From positions 27,227 through 91,226 of the forward strand of contig CAXHJY010001078.1 of assembly GCA_964016885.1 (NCBI GenBank): 64,000 bases of DNA. The letters are read 5' to 3'. Shown here piece after piece: positions 38,470 to 49,502 of this stretch. This DNA comes from Eledone cirrhosa. Taxonomy: Eukaryota. The notes beneath the pieces were generated by a model, which saw only the letters and a list, made by a program, of their open reading frames with translations, ran no database searches and was not told the DNA's origin. The number at the start of each line of letters is the position of its first letter. The stretch's first letter is position 1. A program made the translations under genes and the position numbers.

Positions 38470-39206
38470 TAATGCATTATTAAAGTTGTTTATGATTAAT
38501 GCATATATTAGATTTGTTTATAGATATCTTTGCACAAAAAAAACAAAATGAGTGTTAATACTATCTTAACCTGACTTTCACCAGATACCTGCTACTAGTG
38601 TATACATACATACTAGCTGGCCCCATGGAAATTCCACAGGCATAATAATTACTCTGACATATTGTTATTTCATCATTATGTCATTATAACATTAATTATC
38701 ATTATCAACATTTATGTCATTAATTAAAAGTTCCATTATGTACAAGTGATTTTAGTCATAGTATTTTTTCTCCTGCATATTGGTATTAACTACCCTAATG
38801 AAAACATCAGTTAATTCCCTAGCTCTAGAATATACAACATATAACAACTATCCATGACTGTTTATTTACCATGTTGTGGTAAATATATCCTGTTGTGTTA
38901 AAGATTTCATCTTGTGTTTTAATGTCATAAAATAAGCTAATCTAATTGGAAACTTAGTTCTCTGTAAACAGTTTAGTTTAGCAAACAACAGTTAATTGAA
39001 CTAAAACATGTGTTAAATTGATGATTTGAAATAAAATGAATATTACTGAAAGAAATAATATTTGTTTACCCTTTCTTAATACAAGCATTTCCATTAACTA
39101 ATATCCTTTTGATAATGTCACCACTATAAAAATAACTGCAGTTCTCAGTATATTACATGTGTGTATGCTAGTATGAATGTTACATAGTGAGATGATGAGA
39201 TGTGAC

Positions 39207-39323
39207 GGCACGTGACTTAGTGGTTAGAGAATTGGATTCACAATCATGAGGTCGCAAGTTCAATTCTTGGATTGGGTGATGCATTGTGTCCTTGAGCAAG
39301 ACACTTTATTTCAAATTGCTCCT
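39207..39323 (+). mobile_element. CORE-SINE 5' part (tRNA head plus CORE)
   Basis: gtgacttagtggttagag...aagttcaattc...tgtgtccttgagcaagacactttatttc. Confidence 0.75.
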
Positions 39324-39509
39324 TCTGCCAGGAGTTGCGACTGGTAGATAGTATCAGCAATGGAAAGACCAATGGAAACATTGGTTCCTTGGTGTGATTT
39401 GATGAGTTCCACCTCACTCGGTAAGTGAATGAGGGCTGGAATCTGGTTGATTGATCAGAGTGAGATGATGATTGAAAGAGAGATAAAGAAGAGTTTTCAT
39501 GAGGGGAGA

Positions 39510-39925
39510 AAATAGTAATAATAATAATGAAATTATTGTGTACAGTGCTCAGGTGCACTACAACTCATCAAAGGTGCATGTATAGTACATAGAATAATGT
39601 ACAAATGTCAGGAAAATGATCAGTGTACAAGTTATGAAATACATGTGTGCGTGTGTATGGAGGGGGAACATCAGGTGTAGTGTTGGCGAATCTCAGGGAG
39701 CATGGAGGTTTTAATGGATGTAGTGTTTCAGCAGCTAATACCTGATGCTGGTAGTTTGTTGTATACTTCAGCAACTCTGAGCGTGAAAAAATGTTTCTGA
39801 AAGTCATGGGAGCTGTGCTGTTTTCTGACTTTGTAGGCATGCCCACGTGTGTTAGACACATGGAAATCAAAAAGGTACTCAGGGTTGTCGTTGGCAAGAT
39901 GGTTAGTGTGATATAGACAAAAGAG
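39510..39925 (-). mobile_element. CR1-like LINE 3' end and UTR
   Basis: Minus frame SNTRGHAYKVRKQ...KHFFTLRVAEVYNKLPAS; (ATT)n tail ~39515-39528. Confidence 0.8.
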
Positions 39926-40205
39926 AAGGTTAATAGAGTATTCCCTCTTAATTTCTCTTCCTTTTTGTCTATATCACCAACTATGTAATACATTGTTACT
40001 ACTGGCTCATACCATTACTATCTACCTCTTATCAACACTCAAATAACTGACCTTTTCTTCTACCTTACAAAAGTGCTACCTCCCCCTTTCACAAAAAGTC
40101 TTCTCTCTCTCACACACATTCACTCTTGCCATTCCTTTTCCAATGTGACCAGCACACCTATTTTAAAGTAATATGTATAGAGATTGTCTATTATTATAGT
40201 CATCA

Positions 40206-40556
40206 GCGGTGGAGTGGCAATATCGGTAGAGCGCTGGACAACATGCTTTGCAGCATAGAGTTACGTCCCTTTATGATCTGAGTTCAAATCCCGCCGAGGT
40301 TAATTTTATCGACTTCCCCCTCCCACCAAATTACTGGCCTTGTGCCTATACTAGAAACCATTATTATAGTCATCAATGGTGGTGGATTAGCAGTATCGGT
40401 AGAGTGTCGGACGCCATGCTTTCCAGCATAGTTACGTCCCCTTACGATCTGAGTTCAAATCCCGCCGAGGTTGACTTTGCCTTTCATCCTTACGGGGTCG
40501 ATAAAATAAAGTACCAGTAATGTACTGGCCTTGTGCCTAAAGTAGAAACAATTATT
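40206..40556 (+). mobile_element. Two tandem Deu/Nin-type SINEs
   Basis: Copies ~40206-40360 and ~40378-40550, bounded by a thrice-repeated ATTATTATAGTCATCA. Confidence 0.88.
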
Positions 40557-41049
40557 ATAGTCATCAGCGTTGGGTAAACTACATTTCTAATTTAGTTCTT
40601 TATAAGCAAGACATGGTCACCTGACCCAACGTGCGTCTAATGGGACAACCCATTTAACCCATACTAGCATGGAAAATGGATCTTAAACTATGATGATGGT
40701 GATATATGTTGTGGATGTTTAGATAGTAGGGTGACCAAGAATGACCTACAATGATCAGCTGTCTCAGGATGTCCAGTGGATTGTTGGTTTCAAGAATGTC
40801 ATGGAAGATATTGTCGGCAAGAGAGGAGTAGAATTGGTCCAGGTGATCCACCTGACCTAAAGAAAGAAATATATATCTTTTGTGTATATGTATATATGTG
40901 TGCATATATATATATAGGTGTGTGTGTATATGTATATATGTGTATATATATGTGTATATGTATATATATGTGTATGTGTGTATATGTATATATGTGTGCA
41001 TATGTGTGTGTGTGTGTGTGTGTATATATGTTGGCATATAGATATGTGT

Positions 41050-41836
41050 TTTTGGATGCTGAATTTGCCGACGACATAGTTTTGGTGACAAATACAGTGA
41101 AGGAGGCAGAGGATTTGATGCGGGAGGTTGAGAATGTGTCGATGAGTGTGGGGCTGAGAATGAATGAGACTAAAACAAAATATCTGGTAGAGAATGTTGA
41201 GAAGCCAGAGGGGATCACTAATGTAGGCGGGAAGCCGCTGGAATTGGTTGAGGACTTCCTGTATTTAGGTGCAAAGATTGGGAATACGGAGGATGATGTG
41301 GTTGAGAGGAAGTGCAAGGCCTGGGCGGCGTGCCACAGCTTGAGATTGGTGTGGAAGTCGGACCTTCGTAGAGACCTGAGAGTCCGCCTCTTCATTGCTG
41401 TAGTGGAGTCTGTGCTGCTGTATGGGTCTGAGACTTGGACACTGACCAAGAAACTCACTCAGATGGTGGATGGGTGCTACACGAGAATGCTGAGGATGGC
41501 TCTGAACATTAATCAGTATACACTGAGGATGAAAAACTCAGAGCTGTATGGGAGCATCCCAAAAGTCAGCTCAAAAGTGACACAGAGGAGACTGAGGTTG
41601 GCTGGACATGCTCACCGACATCCAGAGTTGACATTGCACTCAGTGCTCCTTTGGGAGCCCCTACATGGACACACTAGAAGAGGAAGACCAAGGTTAACAT
41701 ATGTTGATGCCCTAAGGACAGACACTGGTCTGTTGGAGATGCAGGATATGGCAGCGATAATGAGGGACAGAGACCGCTGGAGAGAACTCGTCCATGGTTC
41801 TCGGGAATTTTACCCGCCTTAGATAGATAGATAGAT
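41050..41836 (+). mobile_element. RTE-clade LINE family D (no PHD), 5'-truncated, (TAGA)n tail
   Basis: FADD, GLRMNETKTK, FLYLG, LLYGSETW, RRLRLAGH, GRPRLTY; frame open to TAG at 41820-22. Confidence 0.9.
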
Positions 41837-42100
41837 ATGTGTGTGTATGTGCCTATATATTGATATTCTATTCCCTTATCACTCTACCTCTTCCTTACAG
41901 CAAGATGGTTGTATAATGAGAGATTGCATCAGAAACGTTTGTATTTCATACACCCCACCATCTCTCTTCTGTGCTGCTAGCCACCCCACCATCTAACTCA
42001 GGTCACTTGGTACATACATCCACCACTCTCTATTTCTGTCTCTCCCACTTTCTTTTCTCTCAATTTCACTTTTTTCCTTGTCACATTTCATTATACCATG

Positions 42101-42203
42101 CTGCCATTGCTGTCTCCATTCCACCTCCAACACAGTCTCTCTTCTATCAGGTCCCCCTGCCATTGCTATCTCCATTCCACCTCCAACACAGTCTCTCTTC
42201 TAT
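42101..42203. repeat. Direct duplication of ~47 bp, period 56
   Basis: ctgccattgctRtctccattccacctccaacacagtctctcttctat twice. Confidence 0.85.
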
Positions 42204-42373
42204 TACTCCAGTATTTCTTACCCTATTACACAATTCCTCTCTTTCATCAATCATAATCTTATATTTTTCACTCTATTACACACACATACATATATATATA
42301 TAGATATATATATATGTATGTATGTATATCACAGAAAAAAGAGAATCAGTGTTGCGACGAAAAGAATTTATTG

Positions 42374-42468
42374 GACATATTACAATTGTATCTCGGGTGA
42401 CCAGCTCGAGGCACGATCTATATGGTGATCAAACCTGACTCTGAAATCGCACGATCCTCGGATATGTC
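42374..42468 (-). ncRNA. Variant hammerhead-like motif
   Basis: GACAUAU CCGAGGA UCG...CGA GAUA CAAUUG UA AUAUGUC, then AAUAAA. Confidence 0.45.
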
Positions 42469-42516
42469 TCGATTCTACGAAGCAGATTTTCATATTGTCT
42501 ATATATATTATATATT

Positions 42517-42551
<35 letters not shown>

Positions 42552-42562
42552 TATACATATAT

Positions 42563-42592
<30 letters not shown>

Positions 42593-42593
<1 letters not shown>

Positions 42594-45291
42594 CATCATC
42601 ATCATCATCATCATTTTACGTCCGCTTTTCCCTGCCTGCAAGGGTGGGACGGGTCTTATTCAGCACAGCATCTCTCCACTCGTCACGGTCCCTCGTCATC
42701 TCCACCGTGAGCTTCAATGATCTGAGGTCTGTTCTCACCACCTCCGCCCATGTTTTTCGTGGTCTACCTCTACCACGTCTTCCTTCAACTGGCATTTCCT
42801 GGCACTTCTTCACTCATCGGTCATCCTCCATGCGCATCACATGTCCATACCACCTCAGTCTCCTCTCCCGTACACTACATTCTATCCCTCTCAGACACAG
42901 TTTCTCTCTCAACTCATTTATGCTGGGTCGTTCACGCACATTTACACTGCACATCCAACGGAGCATGCTTGCCTCATTTCTCTCCAGCCGTCGCATATCT
43001 TCTGCGGTAGCTGCCCATGTCTCACTACCATGCAGCATCGCGCTCCTCACACAGGCATCATACAACCGGCCTTTCGTACGCAGGGAGAAACCCTTCTTTG
43101 TCAACAGAGGAAGCAGCTCCCTAAACTTCTTCCAACCCGTCCTTATTCTAGATACTATGGCCTCGGAACACCCTCCTCCCATGCTAATCTGATCTCCTAG
43201 GTACCGGAAGCTATCCACCACTTCTATAGCGCCCTCTCGCATTTGAAAAATGTGTCTATCAGTGCGACTTCTACTGTCTAATTTCCCTGTACATCTACTG
43301 CATACATATTTCTCCCTACCTGTTAGTTTGCCTGCTATCCCGCTACATCTCTTGTGTACCCAGGACCTACATTGTGTGCATTTTATAGAATTTATGCCAG
43401 TTCCTTTTCTGCATATCGAACATGGCCATTTCCCTGACGGAATCAGGGTTTTGTCCTCTTTTCTACTTATCAACACTTTTGTCTTAGCTAGATTTACTCT
43501 CAGTCCTCTTGCTTCCAACTGTTGTTTCCATAGCCGGAATTTATTCTCTAGCTCCTCTACTGATTCTGCCATAAGAGCCAGATCGTCAGCATAGAGAAGT
43601 TCCCATGGACAGCCAGTCTTAAACTCCTCTGTTATGGCTTGGAGGACTATAATGAACAAGAGCGGGCTGAGGACCGAACCCTGATGTACTCCTACTTGTA
43701 TCTGGAATTCCTCACTAAACTCCATTCCTACCCTGACTTTACTGAGAGTACCTCTGTACAAAGTTTGCACTGTCCTTACAAGCCATTCCTCAACACCCAG
43801 CTTCCTTAGGGACCACCAGATGACAGATCGGGGTACCCTATCAAAGGCCTTCTCTAGGTCAACAAAGGCTAAGTATAGTGGCTTATTCTTCTCTAAGAAC
43901 CTCTCTTGCATTAGTCTCACCAAGAAGAGGGCATCTGTTGTACTCTTCCCAGGCACAAAACCAAACTGCATCTCATCTAGTTTGACCCTTTCTCTAATTA
44001 GTTGTGCTAAAATCCTTTCTGCCACTTTCATAACCTGATCTATCAGTTTTATACCCCTATAATTGCTCCTCTCCAAAGCATCCCCTTTACCTTTGTAGCA
44101 ATTTATGAGAATACTGCTGCACCAGTCTTTGGGTATGACACCACCATATATAGCCTGATTGATTATGCGTGCAACCAGTTTAGTGCCTACGTCCCCTGAT
44201 GCCTTCAGCATCTCAGCAACTATTCCCGATGGTCCGGCCGCCTTACCATTTTTCATTTCCCTAATCGCCTCTTGGACCCTATATTCGTCAATCTCAATAG
44301 CTGGTCCCTCTGTCGGATCTACCAAGGGTAATTTCTCTCTCTCCCATTCGTTCTCCACATTCATCAGTCTCTCATAATGACATTTCCAGGCCTCCTTTTT
44401 CTGGTCATTCGTGACACTAAGTACACCGGCATCATCCCGGACACATTTATCACCAACAACATCCTGATTTGCATTGACACACTGCCTTGCAATGTGGAAC
44501 ACCGCACGCCTCTGATCTTCCCGTCGCAAAACATTGGCAAACCTCCTACTCTCTGCCTCCCTGCGTGCTAAGTACACCTGACGTCTAGCTTCTCTCTTAG
44601 TGGCTGTATATTCTTCCCTACTCCCACCCTTATTCCAAGCCTTCCATGCTAGTCTTTTGTCTCTAATAGCCTTATCTACACTGCTGTTCCACCACCAGGT
44701 CACTCTCTGTCTGGTTGGAGCTCTGCTCCAGCCACAGGTTTCATCAGTAGCCTTCAGCAAGTTGTCACGTAAGAACTTCCAGTTATTATCTATGTCATAC
44801 GTCTCTAAATCGTCTTCTTTTTCGTCATATACATCTTGAAGGGCTTTCCTAAATTTGAATTTTAGTGAAAGGTCTTTTAGCTTCCAGACCTTTCTTCTCC
44901 ACACCTTCCTATATGTCTCATTCCATCTCTTGCTTACTGAGATATCACTAACAACTAACCTATGCTGTGGGGTACATTCTTCCCCAGGGTATGCCTTGGT
45001 ATTAGACACTATCTGCCTGTCCCGCTGCCTAACTAGCAGGAAGTCAATCTGGCTTATGTGCTCACCAGATTTGTAGGTTATTAGGTGATTGGCAGGTTTC
45101 TGGAAGTTTGTGTTGCAAATGGTCAATGTACTTGCATCACAAAATTCAAGAAGTCTCACTCCTTCTTCATTTCTTGAACCGTAACCGTGCCCACCATGTA
45201 CCCCAGTGTAACCATCCTGGAGCTGTCCAACATGACCATTGAAGTCTCCTGCTAGCATAACGATGTCTCCGTCCTCTGTCATTGTGGTTGT
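42593..45291 (-). mobile_element. RTE LINE family A, 5'-truncated within the endonuclease; ORF open for 822 aa
   Basis: Intact YADD; single TGG>TGA stop at 42814-16; near-identical to 26464-29160. Confidence 0.96.
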
Positions 45292-45327
45292 TTATATATA
45301 TATATATTATATATATATAATATATAT

Positions 45328-45372
<45 letters not shown>

Positions 45373-45510
45373 ATTATATATATATATTATATATATATAT
45401 ATTTATATATATATATATTATATATTATATATATATATTATATATATATATTATATATATATAATATATATATATATATATAATATATATATATATTATA
45501 TATATATAAT

Positions 45511-45541
<31 letters not shown>

Positions 45542-46048
45542 TTATATATATTATATATATATATATATATATAAATATATATATATATAATATATATATA
45601 TATATATTTATATATATTATATATATATATATATTATATATGTATATATTATATATATATATATTATATATATATATATTATTTATATATATATATTTAT
45701 ATATATTATATATTATATATATATATATTTATATATATTATATATTATATATATATTATATATATATATATTATATATATATTATATATATATATATTAT
45801 ATATATTATATATATATTATATATATATATTATATATAGTATATATATATATATTATATATATATTAGATATATTATATATATTATATATATATTATATA
45901 TATATATTATATATAGTATATATATATATATATTATATATATATATATTAGATATATTATATATACTATATATATATATATATTATATATATATATATTA
46001 GATATATTATATATATATTATATATATATATATTAGATATATTATATA

Positions 46049-46091
<43 letters not shown>

Positions 46092-46136
46092 ATTATATAT
46101 ATAAATATTATATATATATATATTAGATATATTATA

Positions 46137-46320
46137 TGTGGATTGGCAGTATCGGTAGAGGGTCGGACGCCATGCTTTCCAGCATAGTTACGTCCTATTA
46201 CGATCTGAGTTCAAATCCCGCCGAGGTTGACTTTGCCTTTCATCCTTACGGGGTCGATAAAATAAAGTACCAGTAATGCACTGGGTAATTGCTGGCCTTG
46301 TGCCTAAAGTAGAAACAATT
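46137..46320 (+). mobile_element. Young Deu/Nin-type SINE inside (TA)n
   Basis: Near-consensus copy with A and B boxes. Confidence 0.9.
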
Positions 46321-46327
46321 ATATATA

Positions 46328-46373
<46 letters not shown>

Positions 46374-46395
46374 ATATATATATATATAATATATA

Positions 46396-46472
<77 letters not shown>

Positions 46473-46625
46473 ATTATATATATATATTATATATATATAT
46501 ATATTATATATATATATATATATTATATATATATATATATATTATATATATATATATATTATATAGATATATATATATATTATATATATATTATATATAT
46601 ATATTACATATATATATTATATATA

Positions 46626-46742
<117 letters not shown>

Positions 46743-47121
46743 ATATATATATATTATATATATATTATATATATATATTATATATATATATTATATATAT
46801 ATATTATATATATATATTATATATATATTATATATATATATATATTATATATATATATTATATATATATATATTATATATATATATATATTATATATATA
46901 TATTATATATATATATTATATATATATATATTATATATATATATATATTATATATATATATATTATATATATATATTATATATATATATATATTATATAT
47001 ATATATATGACTCCAGTTCCCCAGTGAATTAACAACCCAGCAAGGAACAGGGCATATCAGACTATTGACAATATCATACACCTAAACAACATATGTACTT
47101 GTCTATACCATACTAATTCAG

Positions 47122-47176
47122 ACTGCCTGAAGAGGTCACAGCCAAAGATGGCTGTCACTGAAATATATATAGCAGT
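47122..47176 (+). ncRNA. Type I hammerhead ribozyme within a Penelope-like terminal fragment (47009-47325)
   Basis: ACUGC CUGAAGA GGUcACAGCCA-AAGA-UGGCUGUcACU GAAA UAUAUA UA GCAGU, then AAUAAA. Confidence 0.8.
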
Positions 47177-47441
47177 AATAAACGAAGCTAAATTTTAATC
47201 ATTTGACTTTTATTTAACTTTATTTTAGACTACTCCGGAGTAACCAAACCAACCTGCGCACTTCGTCGAGTGCTCCAGCCTGCATACTGAGGTGTTGGTA
47301 TACAACCAACATAAACTCAAAATCTATATATTATATATATATATTATATATATATATATATATATTATATATTATATATATATATATATTATATATATAT
47401 ATTATATATATATATATTATATATATATATTATATATATAT

Positions 47442-47472
<31 letters not shown>

Positions 47473-47742
47473 ATATATATATATATTATATATTATATAT
47501 ATATATTATATATATATATATAATATATATATATATTATATATATATATTATATATATATTATATATATATATTATATATATATTATATATATATATATT
47601 ATATATATATATATATTATATATATATATTATATATATATATATATATTATATATATATATATATTATATATATATTATATATATATATATTATATATAT
47701 ATATATTATATATATATATATATTATATATATATTATATATA

Positions 47743-47775
<33 letters not shown>

Positions 47776-47780
<5 letters not shown>

Positions 47781-47949
47781 ATCTATCTAAGGCGGGTAAA
47801 ATTCCCGAGATCCATGGACGAGTTCTCTCCAGCGGTCTCTGTCCCTCATTATCGCTGCCATGTCCTGCATCTCCAACAGACCAGTGTCTGTCCTTAAACA
47901 TACGTCAACATACGTCAACCTTGGTCTTCCTTTTCTAGTGTGTCCATGT
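47776..47949 (-). mobile_element. RTE family D 3' fragment
   Basis: Reverse match to 41662-41836 with an internal deletion. Confidence 0.85.
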
Positions 47950-48209
47950 ATATATATATATTTATTAAAATAACAGATTAAAGTTTAAGCAAAGGAGTCC
48001 TCTTTGGATTTTAGTCTTCAAATTTATTATTATTACTATATATACATATATATATATAACATATATACATATATCTATATCTATATATATATCATGTATA
48101 TATATTATATATATACATACACAAGCAAATGCATGCACACACACACACGCATACATACACACATACATGCACACACACACACATATACACACACATTATA
48201 TATATATAT

Positions 48210-48396
48210 AATTGTTTCTACTTTAGGCACAAGGCCAGCAATTACGCAGTTCATTACTGGTACTTTATTTTATCGACCCCGTTAGGATGAAAGGCAAAGT
48301 CAACCTCGGCGGGATTTGAACTCAGATCGTAATGGGACGTAACTATGCTGGAAAGCATGGCGTCCGACCCTCTACCGATACTGCCAATCCACCGCC
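48210..48396 (-). mobile_element. Young Deu/Nin-type SINE
   Basis: Reverse complement of the consensus. Confidence 0.9.
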
Positions 48397-48472
48397 CGTT
48401 TTATATATATAATATATTATATATATATATATATATTATATATATATATAATGTGTGTGTATATGTGTATAT

Positions 48473-48610
48473 GAGTTACGTCCCTTTATGGTCTGAGTTC
48501 AAATCCCACCGAGGTTAACTTTGCCTTTCATCCTTACGGGGTCGATAAAATAAAGTACCAGTAATACACTGGGTTAATTGCTGGCCTTGTGCCAAATGTA
48601 GAAACAATTA
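48473..48610 (+). mobile_element. 5'-truncated Deu/Nin-type SINE
   Basis: B box, core and tail present. Confidence 0.85.
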
Positions 48611-49037
48611 TATATATATATTACTATTATTTGAATTCCCTCTGTTGCTACACATGTTTTTTTTTTAACACTTATTTACAAATTCTACATTATAGTCTAC
48701 TGACTCTACTTACATTCCACTGAGGAATTGCAAATATCTTCTTGGATACTTTTATAAAACCTTGAATATAATAGCACTAAATAAGTCCTCATATTCTCAC
48801 ATGCATATGTATAAAAAATCTATTGTGTGTGGTGGCAATGTTTTATTGCTGGTATGCATTCAAACACAAATACACACAAACACACACCTGATCACATTTT
48901 TTGTTTATATAAACATATATATATATAAATTATTAGAAATGTAAGCTATCACCGTATTTTGACTAAAGAAATTAAAGAAATTATTTAGCCTGATAGTGGG
49001 GTTAAGAACCCTCAGAGAGATGGAAAAAGACGAGTAT

Positions 49038-49109
49038 TGACGTACATGGGAGTCGAACACACATCTTTGGTTATCCGGACCACTGTGCTACCATTTACAC
49101 CAACACATC
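49038..49109 (-). ncRNA. tRNA-like cloverleaf (inverted copy)
   Basis: Reverse complement of 49228-49299 with one T-stem mismatch. Confidence 0.55.
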
Positions 49110-49227
49110 ACCCATCTCTTTCCATTCAAATTAGAAGCTATAAACTTAGCGACTGTAATGTCAAGTAAGAATATTTTCGAAACAGCGCTAAGTTTATAGC
49201 TTCTAATTTGAATGGAAAGAGACGGGT

Positions 49228-49299
49228 GATGTGTTGGTGTAAATGGTAGCACAGTGGTCCGGATAACCAAAGATGTGGGTTCGACTCCCATGTACGTCA
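49228..49299 (+). ncRNA. tRNA-like cloverleaf (72 nt, nominal anticodon GGA), probably a tRNA mimic or pseudo-tRNA
   Basis: GATGTGT/GTACGTC acceptor, GTGT-AAATGGTA-GCAC D arm, TGGT-CCGGATA-ACCA anticodon arm, GTGGG-TTCGACT-CCCAT T arm; C33, T37 and a 4-nt variable loop are atypical for tRNA-Ser. Confidence 0.6.
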
Positions 49300-49444
49300 A
49301 TACTCATCTTTTCCCATTTCTCCGAGGGTTTTTAACCCCACTATCAGGCTAAATAATTTCTTTAATTTCTTTAGTCAAAATACGGCGATATCTTACATTT
49401 CTAATAATTTCAAACCCACTCGCTGTTTCGAAAATATTCTTACT

Positions 49445-49502
<58 letters not shown>

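Larger units (their letters stand above)
48927..49447. repeat. Long inverted repeat (225-bp arms) of a permuted monomer containing a tRNA-like sequence
   Basis: Arms 48927-49151 and 49186-49410, about 9 mismatches counted by eye; spacer 49161-49187 is repeated inverted at 49421-49447. Confidence 0.9.

Noticed and set aside
40190-40570. CRISPR-like repeat-spacer pattern
   Set aside because: Eukaryotic context; the spacers are SINE copies and the repeats are TSD-like.
41896-41943. Possible eroded hammerheads here and at ~12505-12550, ~37630-37680, ~52265-52312 and ~52412-52470
   Set aside because: Only part of the core is recognisable; too degenerate to support without a family consensus.
42644-45076. 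Plus-strand ORFs recurring opposite RTE copies (also 20179-20625, 28563-29195, 56841-57287)
   Set aside because: Antisense shadows of the RTE coding frame; they recur because the copies are near-identical.
49228-49299. Functional tRNA-Ser(GGA) gene
   Set aside because: C33, pyrimidine 37, short variable arm, three G-U acceptor pairs and a repeat context; kept only as tRNA-like.
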